A DNA stretch of 64,000 nt from Clostridia bacterium (GCA_017429165.1 JAFRPL010000019.1:43891-107890), one strand, 5' to 3'; positions 1 to 8,888 are shown, numbered from the stretch's first letter. Notes: generated by a model from the sequence alone, not told the origin. Program-made: numbers and translations.

Positions 1-1083
1 GTTCATATGTGTAAAAGATTCGGGATCGATCTGTCCTACTTCGGAGATGTAAAGCGCGTGTTTGTACGCTTTGCACCGCTCCAGATACTGCGCCCACGTC
101 AGTTTGTTTTCGGTCATCCAGCCGAAGCCCTTGAACATACTTTTTGTGAGAATGATCGCTATATCCGAAGTCTTATGCGTTTCTCCCCATATATCCGTTA
201 TCTCCGTAACGCCGAACCCGGAGAGAAAAGATGCGAAGTCTACCTCGTGCACCACGCCCTTGATATACGGCATACGTATCTGAAAAGACGTGTGTCGGTG
301 CGCTCCGCAGTAAAGATAATCTATGAAGTCAGCACATTTCGGCGATATCAAGCCTTCACCGTCGAATTCCGTTACGTCGAGATCGCCGACCTTTTCAATG
401 CGCTCATACCTCCGCATAGGTCTGTTGCTCCCGTCGTCTTTGACGGTGATATAGTGAGCGTTGTGGACGGTCGTTACGGGATTGTCTATGACTATGACTT
501 TCTTTTCGTCCCATATCCGTTTATCCTCTACACGGAATCCGTCCGTCATGATAAGTCCGTTGTAGGCGTAGAACTTTGAAAGCTGACATGCACCGATCTT
601 CATCCCGAGCGTGATACGCTCTGTTACCGGCTCATAGAAATCCTCGCGGATGAAAGAAAGCCGGCTTTGTCTGCTCATACTCGCGGAACGCTCAAAAGCG
701 ACGTACCGGTAACCGCCGTTTCCGAAATCGAGGGTTATTCCCTCGGGACGGAACATTGCTTTCGCTTTTTCGATCAGGTCTACATACCGTCTGTAGTTCC
801 CTTTTCTGTCGAAAACGTTAGTGAAGTCGATATACACGAGTATATCCTTCAGATCGTCCATAACGCCGGCGGCATGGAATTCTCCGTTATGGAGGACGTC
901 CATGATTTGATAAAACAGCGCGCAGTCGTCCTGTGTTTCGGGAGCCGAAAAAGCGATGCATTTCCGCGTCGCTTCTTCACGCAGATAATATCTGTATATA
1001 CCTTCTTCGTCCTGTTTTGCGTTCCTCATAAGGGCCAATGCGGACAGTTCATATATTCTGTACCGTGTTCTCGTGATACTCAC
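1..1083 (-). CDS. YonO-like / RdRP-like single-subunit two-barrel RNA polymerase, N-terminal 361 codons (runs off left edge)
   Basis: Manual translation of an open frame from GTG 1083 to position 1 gives ...GITLDFGNGGYRYVAFERSASMSRQSRLSF...SKFYAYNGL...EFDGEGLISPKCADFI...TSFQIRMPYIKGVVHEVDF...DIWG...IILTKSMFKG...THMN. Motif order matches the eukaryotic-type RdRP / SPbeta YonO family. Exact start codon uncertain. Confidence 0.85.
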   Translation of the reverse strand, partial: MSITRTRYRIYELSALALMRNAKQDEEGIYRYYLREEATRKCIAFSAPETQDDCALFYQIMDVLHNGEFHAAGVMDDLKDILVYIDFTNVFDRKGNYRRYVDLIEKAKAMFRPEGITLDFGNGGYRYVAFERSASMSRQSRLSFIREDFYEPVTERITLGMKIGACQLSKFYAYNGLIMTDGFRVEDKRIWDEKKVIVIDNPVTTVHNAHYITVKDDGSNRPMRRYERIEKVGDLDVTEFDGEGLISPKCADFIDYLYCGAHRHTSFQIRMPYIKGVVHEVDFASFLSGFGVTEITDIWGETHKTSDIAIILTKSMFKGFGWMTENKLTWAQYLERCKAYKHALYISEVGQIDPESFTHMN

Positions 1084-1098
1084 CCCGTTTCACGGGAC

Positions 1099-1127
1099 AG
1101 TATAGCATAAAATTGTTAAGAAATCAA
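1099..1127 (-). promoter_or_regulatory. sigma70/sigmaA-type promoter for the polymerase gene
   Basis: Minus strand reads TTGATT-17 nt-TATACT with an extended -10 TG, just upstream of the ORF. Confidence 0.6.
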
Positions 1128-1142
1128 GATGAATTACATAGT

Positions 1143-1202
1143 GAATACTGCGCCCACCTTTTTCGTGAACCAAATCGGTTTTGAAAGGTGGGCGCAGTAT
1201 TC
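1143..1202. repeat. Perfect 19-bp inverted repeat with 22-nt spacer between divergent units
   Basis: GAATACTGCGCCCACCTTT (1143-1161) and AAAGGTGGGCGCAGTATTC (1184-1202). Confidence 0.9.
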
Positions 1203-1236
1203 GTAAGTCGATTTTTGAGTGAAAGGAGGGAAAATC

Positions 1237-1485
1237 ATGCTCAGGATAACTCCGAAGCAGGCGCGGACGGTCCGCCGTCTGGCGCGCGACCAGTGCTGCA
1301 ACTGCGTTTGCGGAAACTGTCTCTTGCTCGATGACGGAGACAGCCACCCCTGCGTACAGTTGATCTCTTACTACGGTGTCTACTGCAAATACTTTCTTCA
1401 TGCGGTACTGCCGGCCGAGAGAAAGCTGTACGAACAGATCATCGAACAAAACGAATTGAGATCCGAGAGGAGGAATGAAGAATGA
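1237..1485 (+). CDS. Cysteine-rich VLP domain protein
   Basis: TPKQARTVRRL..CCN..GNCLLLDDGD..CVQ..CKYF.AVLP pattern typical of Clostridiales mobile elements; RBS AAGGAGG. Confidence 0.8.
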   Translation: MLRITPKQARTVRRLARDQCCNCVCGNCLLLDDGDSHPCVQLISYYGVYCKYFLHAVLPAERKLYEQIIEQNELRSERRNEE

Positions 1486-2405
1486 AGGATTTCAAGAACA
1501 AAGTCATCATCGGTATCGACCACGGTTACGGAAATATCAAGACCGCTAACCACATTTTCAAGACGGGCGTTATGGAATATGACGCCGAGCCGCTGTTTAC
1601 GAAGGATATGCTCGTTTACAAAGGCAAGTACTACACCATTGGAGAAGGACACAAGGAGTTCAAGGCGGAAAAGCAGAGCGACGACGATTATTACGTTCTC
1701 ACTCTCGCCGCTATCGCCATGGAGCTCGATGACAACGATCTGACCGAAGCGGACGTTTTCATCGCGGCGGGGCTTCCGCTGACGTGGACGAGCGGACAGA
1801 AGGCGGAATTCGCGACGTATCTGACGAAGAACGAGAGAGTCACCTTTGTATTCAGAAAAGTTCGCTACCGCATCCGCATAGTCGGCGCGAAGATCTATCC
1901 GCAGGGCTACGCCGCCGTCGCGGATTTTGCTGCAAAGATGAAAGGCGTAAACATGGTCGCCGACATCGGAAACGGCACTATGAACACGCTGACGATCATA
2001 AACGGCGCACCTCAGCAGGGTCGTATGTTTACCGAGAAGTTCGGTACGCATCAGTGTACCCTCGCCGTAAGGGAGCAGTTTATGCGTCAGACCCGGCGCG
2101 AGATCGACGACGCGATCATCGAAGAGGTGCTCATAAACGGGAAGGCGAATCTTTCGGACGCCGATCTGAAGATCATCAAAGCGACCGCGACGGAATACGT
2201 GAACAACATCTTCCGCAGGCTTCGTGATCACGGATACGATGAAAAGAGCGTTACACTTTACGTCACCGGAGGCGGCGGGTGCCTCGTGAAGAACTTTTAC
2301 GATTATGATAAAAGCCGCGTATTCTTCGTTGACGACATCTGCGCCGCCGCCAAGGGCTACGAACACATGGCTGAACTTCAACTCGCAACGGGCGTCGGTA
2401 TATGA
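1482..2405 (+). CDS. parM: ParM/StbA family actin-like segregation ATPase
   Basis: IGIDHGYGNIK, AGLP, PQG, DIGNGT and TGGGG actin-fold motifs. Confidence 0.88.
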   Translation: MKDFKNKVIIGIDHGYGNIKTANHIFKTGVMEYDAEPLFTKDMLVYKGKYYTIGEGHKEFKAEKQSDDDYYVLTLAAIAMELDDNDLTEADVFIAAGLPLTWTSGQKAEFATYLTKNERVTFVFRKVRYRIRIVGAKIYPQGYAAVADFAAKMKGVNMVADIGNGTMNTLTIINGAPQQGRMFTEKFGTHQCTLAVREQFMRQTRREIDDAIIEEVLINGKANLSDADLKIIKATATEYVNNIFRRLRDHGYDEKSVTLYVTGGGGCLVKNFYDYDKSRVFFVDDICAAAKGYEHMAELQLATGVGI

Positions 2406-2734
2406 AAAACAACTACCGTATCAACGTCCGGTTCGATCTGAGAAAAGAGCGTGAAAAAGACGCAGCGGAATATCTTGCGAAGCTTTCCGTGCAAAGCAGC
2501 GGAACGCGAAACCGTTTTATCGTTGACGCCGTTATCGAAGCGATACGGCGTCAGCAAAGCGGGACAGATATCTCTCTTGCAGACATCCGCACTATGTTCC
2601 GGGAAGAATTACAGTCCGTATCTTTCGTAAGCGCTCCGGCAAAAGAAGCCCCACCGTTTCGCATGGAACTCACCGAGGAGGAAAAAGCGGAAAATGACGC
2701 CGGTATCCTTTCCGCGCTCGCCATGTTCGATTGA
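2402..2734 (+). CDS. Putative ParR-like centromere-binding adaptor
   Basis: Small ORF coupled to parM by an ATGA overlap; N-terminus (INVRFDL..E..AAEYL..RNRFIVDAVIE) is ribbon-helix-helix-like. Confidence 0.6.
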   Translation: MKNNYRINVRFDLRKEREKDAAEYLAKLSVQSSGTRNRFIVDAVIEAIRRQQSGTDISLADIRTMFREELQSVSFVSAPAKEAPPFRMELTEEEKAENDAGILSALAMFD

Positions 2735-2894
2735 GCCAAATACGGCGATTTTGGCTCAAATCTCATAGGCGGAGACAAAAATTGAGCCAAAATGGCTCAC
2801 CTTATGCGATGCACCCTATCGGAAATCTCAACATTCCTGCGGCTTCGCCGTTGTCGTGGTATGCGCCACGCAGGAACGGACGGAATAGCCCTGA

Positions 2895-2950
2895 CGGGGT
2901 GTGTCGCACACCGTAGCAAGCAGGGAAAAAATATATATTTTTCCCGCCGC
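2895..2950 (-). promoter_or_regulatory. Candidate oriT
   Basis: Minus strand: inverted repeat GGGAAAAAA-TATATA-TTTTTTCCC immediately followed by TGCTTGC (resembles pC221-type MOB_P nic) and a second hairpin GGTGTG/CACACC; non-coding region of a relaxase-encoding element. Confidence 0.5.
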
Positions 2951-3040
2951 GATCCGCACGGTCGTCTCGCCCTCAGGTGACGTCCCGTCCCCTGAAACCC
3001 CTTGTCACAGAAAATTTGCAAATAAAATCGCTGACAGCTC

Positions 3041-3069
3041 TTGACAAATACACTCATTGGGTGTATTAT
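3041..3069 (+). promoter_or_regulatory. sigmaA promoter with overlapping palindromic operator
   Basis: TTGACA-17 nt-TATTAT; inverted repeat AATACAC-N7-GTGTATT spans the spacer and -10. Confidence 0.7.
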
Positions 3070-3086
3070 ATTGGCGAGGTGATTTT

Positions 3087-3737
3087 ATGGACATTCGTGA
3101 AATGAGAACGCGGCTCGGCGATACGCAAAGCGAGTTCGCGGCAAGATACAACATTCCTTTCCGCACCGTGCAGAACTGGGAAACCGGACTTCGTAAGCCG
3201 CCGGAATATATTTTAACGCTTTTGGAAGACCGCATACGCGAAGACCTTGTAAACAGAAAGACGGCGTCGCTTCCGAAGTACGATCCGCGCAAGAAGGAGC
3301 TTCCGAAGAGAAGCGATTTCGTCGGCGCGCTTTCATGGTTAAAGGCAGTGCGTGAACGGCTCGGCGAGAACGTCGTGTTCGCTTTGGACGAGGCGCTGAT
3401 GTGTCAGGGCAGCTTCGGCGGCAGGAGCGACGAATATATCGTTTGGGTGTACGGCGACGACAAGGTATCCGACTTCAACGGCGTTGTATTGCTTGGGAAC
3501 AAGGTCAGCCAATATTGTATTAAGGAAAAGAACGGACTGAGATTTACAGACTTCAACAGAACGCTTTCCGACGCGCTTGCAAACGAGTCAATACTGGATA
3601 TGCAGGGCATCACGGAAGCGGTCAGCAGATACTACTATTCCAACAACGAGAGCTTCAGCGGTCTTTCCGTATCGCCCGAGTATCAGGAGCGGTTTGAAAG
3701 ACTCGCAAATGAAGCGAGAGATTATTACAAGAAGTAA
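3087..3737 (+). CDS. Xre-type HTH protein with extended C-terminal domain (possibly AbiEi-like)
   Basis: IREMRTRLGDTQSEFAARYNIPFRTVQNWETG is an HTH; C-terminal NGLRFTDFNRTLSD segment; RBS GAGGTGA. Confidence 0.75.
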   Translation: MDIREMRTRLGDTQSEFAARYNIPFRTVQNWETGLRKPPEYILTLLEDRIREDLVNRKTASLPKYDPRKKELPKRSDFVGALSWLKAVRERLGENVVFALDEALMCQGSFGGRSDEYIVWVYGDDKVSDFNGVVLLGNKVSQYCIKEKNGLRFTDFNRTLSDALANESILDMQGITEAVSRYYYSNNESFSGLSVSPEYQERFERLANEARDYYKK

Positions 3738-3820
3738 CCTTTTTTGGATTTTTTTGCAAAAAGTTTCCCTTTTTGCAAAAAAGTATGATATACTATGATA
3801 AACAAGATAAGGAGGACACT

Positions 3821-4591
3821 ATGAACAATTACGAAAAAGCCGTTGCACTGTGGAAACGCAGAAATATAACAAATGACGCCGAGCTTGCCGAAGCGCTGAA
3901 CGGACACAGCATAGCATTTGCCTATCATTCCGGAAAGATCGAAAACGACAGAATAACTTATAACGATACACGTGAGATATTCGATCATGACGGCGTTACC
4001 TCATATACCGGCGATCTGCGCACACTTTTCGAGATACGCAACGCCAAGGCAGCAAATGAATTACTGCTTACTGCATTCAATGAAAAAAGAGCTGTTGACG
4101 AAGCGCTTATAAAAGAGTTTCAGTACAAGCTCACGCAGAACACCTATGACACCCGCAGGTGGCAGCTCGGCGAACGCCCGGGAGAATACAAGCGGCACGA
4201 TTACGTTACCGGCAGGAACGAAATCGGCGCTTCGCCGGAGGATGCGCCGGAAGAGCTTGCCGAGCTTTTAGACGAACTGAATAATATTCCTGACGAAAAG
4301 GTTTTGACAGCCGCCGCTTACTTCCACGTGAAGTTCGAGAACATCCATCCGTTCGCCGACGGCAATGGCAGGACCGGGCGCTTGGTGATGAACTATATTC
4401 TGTTGCTGCATTACCATCCGCCTGTGATCATCCACGAGGAAGACCGGAAGGATTATTACTCCGCACTTGAAGCGTGGGACGAGCGTCAGGAACTTGATCC
4501 GATGATCGCCTTTTTGAAAGAGCAGACCGCGAAGACCTGGCAGAAACAGATTGAAGCAGCAGACCGAAAAAGCAGGAACGAAGCAAGATAA
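3821..4591 (+). CDS. Fic family protein (class II, self-inhibited type)
   Basis: Canonical HPFADGNGRTGR; N-terminal SGKIEN inhibitory-type motif; RBS AAGGAGG. Confidence 0.92.
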   Translation: MNNYEKAVALWKRRNITNDAELAEALNGHSIAFAYHSGKIENDRITYNDTREIFDHDGVTSYTGDLRTLFEIRNAKAANELLLTAFNEKRAVDEALIKEFQYKLTQNTYDTRRWQLGERPGEYKRHDYVTGRNEIGASPEDAPEELAELLDELNNIPDEKVLTAAAYFHVKFENIHPFADGNGRTGRLVMNYILLLHYHPPVIIHEEDRKDYYSALEAWDERQELDPMIAFLKEQTAKTWQKQIEAADRKSRNEAR

Positions 4592-4690
4592 AACAGCCAA
4601 ACAACAATCCCAATACAGCAAGCAAGCCGATGAGCGAAAAAACTCACCGGCTTTTTTGCTGTCCAAATCCCAAAAAAGGAGGATAATTAT

Positions 4691-5050
4691 TTGGAAAAAG
4701 AGAAAAAGAAACCACCGACCGGGATATTCTTCCCCTGCACCGAAGCGCAAAAGCGAAAGATAAAAAGCATCGCTGCGAAATGCGGACTCGGGCAGGGAGA
4801 ATATATCCTTAAACGGGCGCTCGGCTACGAACCGAAAACGGTTCCGCCGGACGCCTTTTTTGTTTTCCACGAAAAGCTCTGTGAAATACTCGATTCGCCG
4901 CCGACTCCCGACTTGGAAAAGGCGGCGCTTCGCGTTTTTGACGAGATCTACGCTCAGCTTATCGACAACAGGAAACAGACGACAGAAGAAATTGTCGCCG
5001 GTATGAAAGAAGGTGACGCAACGTGGCAACCGTCGGACTCTGGCCCGTAA
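4691..5050 (+). CDS. mobC: MobC-like relaxosome accessory protein
   Basis: RHH-like TEAQKRKIKSIAAKCGLGQGEYILKRALG, overlapping the relaxase start. Confidence 0.7.
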   Translation: MEKEKKKPPTGIFFPCTEAQKRKIKSIAAKCGLGQGEYILKRALGYEPKTVPPDAFFVFHEKLCEILDSPPTPDLEKAALRVFDEIYAQLIDNRKQTTEEIVAGMKEGDATWQPSDSGP

Positions 5051-6432
5051 AGAACCGGCTGAAGGAAGTGATCGAATACGCCGAGAACCCCGACAAAACG
5101 ACCGATCCGAAATATCTTGAAGAAGATCTGTATAACGCTCTGAAATACGCAGAGAACGACGATAAGACGGACAAGCGGTTGTTCGTCGCAGGTATCAACT
5201 GCCCGAAGCAAAGAGCGTACGAGGCAATGATGGCGGTAAAACGACGGTTCGGCAAAATCGGCGGCACGGTCGCGTGGCACGGTTATCAGAGCTTTGCCGA
5301 GGGAGAGGTCACGCCGGAAGAAGCGTTTGAGATAGGCAAAGAGACCGCGCGCCGGATGTGGGGAGATAAATATCAGGTAGTCGTGACCGTCCACCTGAAC
5401 ACGGACAACCTGCACTGTCATTTCGTCGTCAACCCGATCTCGTTCAAGGACGGCTCCCGTTTTCAGAACAAGATATACAACCACCGCCGCCTGCGTGAGA
5501 TCTCTGACGAAGTGTGCCGTGAACGCGGAAAATACGTCTTGGAAAACAGCAACTTCTACGGCGGCAAAAGCCGAAGAGCTTACTGGGCTGAAAAGAAAGG
5601 ACACCCGACGCACAGAGATATGCTTGCCAAAGACGTTGAATACTGTCTGTCCGTTTCATACACACGCGAAACTTTTTACAAACAATTATACGGTCTCGGC
5701 TATGAGATAGACAAAACGCGTATGTCGGTCAGAGGTAAAGGATGGGAGCGCGCGGTACGCCTTCGCAGTATCGGATTTACGGATGAAGTCATCGACCGTC
5801 GACTGAACCGCAATTATTCTTACGGCTATTCTTTCGTAGGTCGGGTATGGAATACGCATCTGCCTAAAAGGAGACGATCCGTCTTACTGTTCTATATCGC
5901 TCACGATCTCGGATACAACATCGAGCACAGCCGCGACGTCGCGGAGATCTATATCGACCTTCTATTCCTTATCATCATAAACGCCTTTCAGATTATTAAA
6001 GAGGTCAAAGACGCCGTGATCATGTCGGTCGATCTTCGCCATCAGGTTAAAGACCTTGAACAATTCGTCTATGATTACAAATTCCTTCGGGAAACGGATA
6101 TCCACACGTTCCCGCAGCTTGACAGATATATCGAAGACACGCAGACAAAGATAGCCGAACTCGAACGCGAGCGCGGCTTGCTCCGAAACAAGATACGCCG
6201 GGAGACCGATCCCGAGGTACTTGCGGATAACAAAGCAGCCCGCTCTGAAATAACCAAAAAGCACATCGAACCGTTACGGAAGAATCTCGACCGGGCGAAG
6301 CGCATAAGAGATAAATCTCCTCACCTTTACGATCTGGTAAGGCAGGAGTTTGAAATGGAAGCGCCGTACCGTCAGCTCGACCGCAACGGAAAAATGATAT
6401 TCAAAGACGCTCCCGAATGGGGAGCCAGATAA
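5023..6432 (+). CDS. Relaxase/mobilization nuclease (MOB_P type)
   Basis: YAENPDKT, AWHGYQSFAEGEVTPEEA and HLNTDNLHCH (3H motif). Confidence 0.92.
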   Translation: MATVGLWPVKNRLKEVIEYAENPDKTTDPKYLEEDLYNALKYAENDDKTDKRLFVAGINCPKQRAYEAMMAVKRRFGKIGGTVAWHGYQSFAEGEVTPEEAFEIGKETARRMWGDKYQVVVTVHLNTDNLHCHFVVNPISFKDGSRFQNKIYNHRRLREISDEVCRERGKYVLENSNFYGGKSRRAYWAEKKGHPTHRDMLAKDVEYCLSVSYTRETFYKQLYGLGYEIDKTRMSVRGKGWERAVRLRSIGFTDEVIDRRLNRNYSYGYSFVGRVWNTHLPKRRRSVLLFYIAHDLGYNIEHSRDVAEIYIDLLFLIIINAFQIIKEVKDAVIMSVDLRHQVKDLEQFVYDYKFLRETDIHTFPQLDRYIEDTQTKIAELERERGLLRNKIRRETDPEVLADNKAARSEITKKHIEPLRKNLDRAKRIRDKSPHLYDLVRQEFEMEAPYRQLDRNGKMIFKDAPEWGAR

Positions 6433-6454
6433 GAAAGAGAGGAATAATTATTAT

Positions 6455-7303
6455 ATGAAATCTACCAAACCTAAAGCGCCGGTGATGATACCGGTAGAAA
6501 ACATCGTCCCCTTTGACGGTCATCCGTACAAAGTGCTTGACAACGACAGCATGAACGAACTGACCGAGAGCGTACAGGATAACGGCATTATGGAGCCGTT
6601 GACCGTGAGACCACTTGAAAACACAGACAATTACGAGATCATATCCGGGCACCGCCGTTATCACGCGGCAAAGAAGGCAGGGCTTAACGAAGTTCCTGCC
6701 TTTATTCGTGCCGTCAGCCGTGACGAAGCGGCGATCATGCTCGTAGACAGCAATCTGCACCGGGAGCGTATTTTGCCGTCAGAAAAGGCGTTCGCTTACA
6801 AGCTGAAAATGGATGCTTTGACGCATCAGGGCGCTTCTCGCCAACTTGGCGAGAAGTGGAGTGTCGAGCAAGTCGCAGAATCTGCAAGTGAGAGCGCGCG
6901 TCAAGTTCACCGCTATATTCGTCTCACCAATCTGATTCCCGAACTGCTGGATATGATGGACGAAAACAAGATTGCTTTTTCCGTTGGCGTCGAACTGTCG
7001 TTCCTTGACGACGAGCGTCAATACGACGTTCTGAACGCCTGCGAACTCAACGACAACACGCCGTCTTACGCCCAGGCGGTTCGTATGCACAAGGCGTACA
7101 CGGCGGGAGAACTTGACCGGGACGGCATCGACGCCATTATGTGCGAGGAAAAAGCGAACCAGCGGGAAAAGGTCACGATCCCGCTTGACCGGCTGAAGGG
7201 CAAGATACCCGGCAGTTATACCGTACAGCAACAGCAGGACTATATCGTAAAGGCGGTCGATCACTATCACCGCTATTTACAGTGTCAGCGCGAAGCCAGA
7301 TGA
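6455..7303 (+). CDS. parB: ParB/RepB/Spo0J family partition protein
   Basis: YEIISGHRR, VDSNLHRE, SEKAFAYK and HTH segment RQVHRYIRLT. Confidence 0.9.
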   Translation: MKSTKPKAPVMIPVENIVPFDGHPYKVLDNDSMNELTESVQDNGIMEPLTVRPLENTDNYEIISGHRRYHAAKKAGLNEVPAFIRAVSRDEAAIMLVDSNLHRERILPSEKAFAYKLKMDALTHQGASRQLGEKWSVEQVAESASESARQVHRYIRLTNLIPELLDMMDENKIAFSVGVELSFLDDERQYDVLNACELNDNTPSYAQAVRMHKAYTAGELDRDGIDAIMCEEKANQREKVTIPLDRLKGKIPGSYTVQQQQDYIVKAVDHYHRYLQCQREAR

Positions 7304-7317
7304 AGGAGGTGAAACGA

Positions 7318-7581
7318 ATGAAGATAACGAAAGACGATCTGACAAAAGAAGAACTCCACAATATATTTTCTCACAAAGACAATAAATCCGACAATTATGC
7401 ACGGCTTGACGACAGTATGCGATTCATCGGCACGAAAGAAGTCGCTTCTCTTATGGGATGCTCTATTCCGGTTGCAAGACAGACTATGCGCCGGAAAGAC
7501 TTTCCGCTTGTCATGTGCGGCAAAAATCTCAAGGTCATGAAATGTGAACTCATAAAATGGGCTTCACAGCGCCGTGTTTGA
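7318..7581 (+). CDS. Excisionase-like HTH DNA-binding protein
   Basis: Small basic ORF upstream of the integrase; IGTKEVASLMGCS...DFPLV..GKNLKV..LIKW; RBS AGGAGGTG. Confidence 0.7.
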   Translation: MKITKDDLTKEELHNIFSHKDNKSDNYARLDDSMRFIGTKEVASLMGCSIPVARQTMRRKDFPLVMCGKNLKVMKCELIKWASQRRV

Positions 7582-7601
7582 CAAACGGCGCACATTTGTC
7601 C

Positions 7602-7635
7602 CGGGCGCGGATATTTCCTATAATATCCGCGCCCG
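7602..7635. promoter_or_regulatory. 14-bp inverted repeat overlapping a TATAAT upstream of the integrase
   Basis: CGGGCGCGGATATT-tcctat-AATATCCGCGCCCG. Confidence 0.6.
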
Positions 7636-7664
7636 AAAAATAATTTATGGAGGTTTAAAACAAT

Positions 7665-8858
7665 ATGGCTAAAACGGCTAAAAAGAAAAAAGGAAACGGT
7701 GAAGGAACCGTTTACAAGACAAAATCCGGTTACAGAGGTCAGATCGTCGTCGGTACAGATGATTTTGGCAAGCCGATCCGCCGGAGCGTGACCGGCAAAA
7801 CGGTCAAGGAAGTCAACGAGAAACTTACCACAATTAAAAACAGCGTTATCACCGGAACTTATATCGCACCAAACAAGATCACTATTTGCGAACTCTCCAG
7901 ATTGATGATTGAAGACGACTTGAATTTGAACTATATCAAAGAAGCAACCTATTACCGGCACATTGAGACATTAAAGAGAATAGAGGCGAACTCATATCTG
8001 AAAAACACGCCAATTCAGGAACTCAGTTACGCTCCTATTAAGGATTTTCTGCTTTCGGAAATATCCTTGTCACAGAGTTTTATAGACAAAATTTATGCTA
8101 TGATGCAAAAGACCTTAAAGGAAGCCGTTAAGCGAAAAATCATCGGTGAAAACCCCATAGCGGATTTGAAAAAGCCGAAGACATCCCAAAAGCGCGATAA
8201 AGTCCGTGCGCTTACGACCGAAGAAGAAGTACGGCTTTACAAGGTTTTGACGACAGAAGACGTAAACTATTCACATCAGATGCTGCTATCTATGCTGACT
8301 GGCATGAGAATGGGAGAGATCAACGCCCTAAAAACTGAAGATATCAATCTGCGTATGAGAACGATTTCCGTAAGTAAAACTATGGCGCGTGGACTAAAAG
8401 GCGAGGCGTTTGTATCCAAAAGTGCTAAAACCGAAAACGGCAACCGAGTCATTCAAATTTCGGCGACAGTAATGCCGCTTATAAAAGAGATCCTTTCATG
8501 TTGTAGCGAAGAGGAAGAATACCTGTTTTTATCGAATGGTAGTTTTATCAACACCTCACAGGTCAATATGCAGTTTCAGCGGGTCGTAGAAAAGTACGAT
8601 ATACTCGATAAAACTGTCAAAGGTAAAGTTTCGCTTCACTCCCTGCGTCATACCTTCGCAACTCGATGTATTGAAGCGGGTATGCAGCCGAAGGTGCTTC
8701 AACACATTCTCGGTCACTCCGACATCAAGATCACGCTGAACACCTACTGCGACGCATTTGAGAATTTTCAGAACGAAAACATTGCCAAAACCGACGAGTA
8801 TTTTGCGGATATGGGTATTAATTTCGATAGCACAAAACCCGAGAAAGCGGTAAGTTGA
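7665..8858 (+). CDS. int: Tyrosine recombinase/integrase
   Basis: GNGEGTVY arm-binding N-terminus; TGMRMGE, HSLRHTFAT, LGH and TLNTY catalytic motifs. Confidence 0.95.
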   Translation: MAKTAKKKKGNGEGTVYKTKSGYRGQIVVGTDDFGKPIRRSVTGKTVKEVNEKLTTIKNSVITGTYIAPNKITICELSRLMIEDDLNLNYIKEATYYRHIETLKRIEANSYLKNTPIQELSYAPIKDFLLSEISLSQSFIDKIYAMMQKTLKEAVKRKIIGENPIADLKKPKTSQKRDKVRALTTEEEVRLYKVLTTEDVNYSHQMLLSMLTGMRMGEINALKTEDINLRMRTISVSKTMARGLKGEAFVSKSAKTENGNRVIQISATVMPLIKEILSCCSEEEEYLFLSNGSFINTSQVNMQFQRVVEKYDILDKTVKGKVSLHSLRHTFATRCIEAGMQPKVLQHILGHSDIKITLNTYCDAFENFQNENIAKTDEYFADMGINFDSTKPEKAVS

Positions 8859-8888
8859 ATCATGTTGGATTCGGTTAAAACAGTCTCC

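Noticed and set aside
7-1110. Plus-strand ORFs 7..579, 62..283 and 667..1110 in the track
   Set aside because: They are antisense shadows of the minus-strand polymerase-like gene and show no recognisable motifs
1-8858. Prophage interpretation based on the YonO-like gene and integrase
   Set aside because: No structural, terminase or lysis genes in the window; relaxase, MobC and oriT candidate indicate an IME (sequence to the left is unseen)
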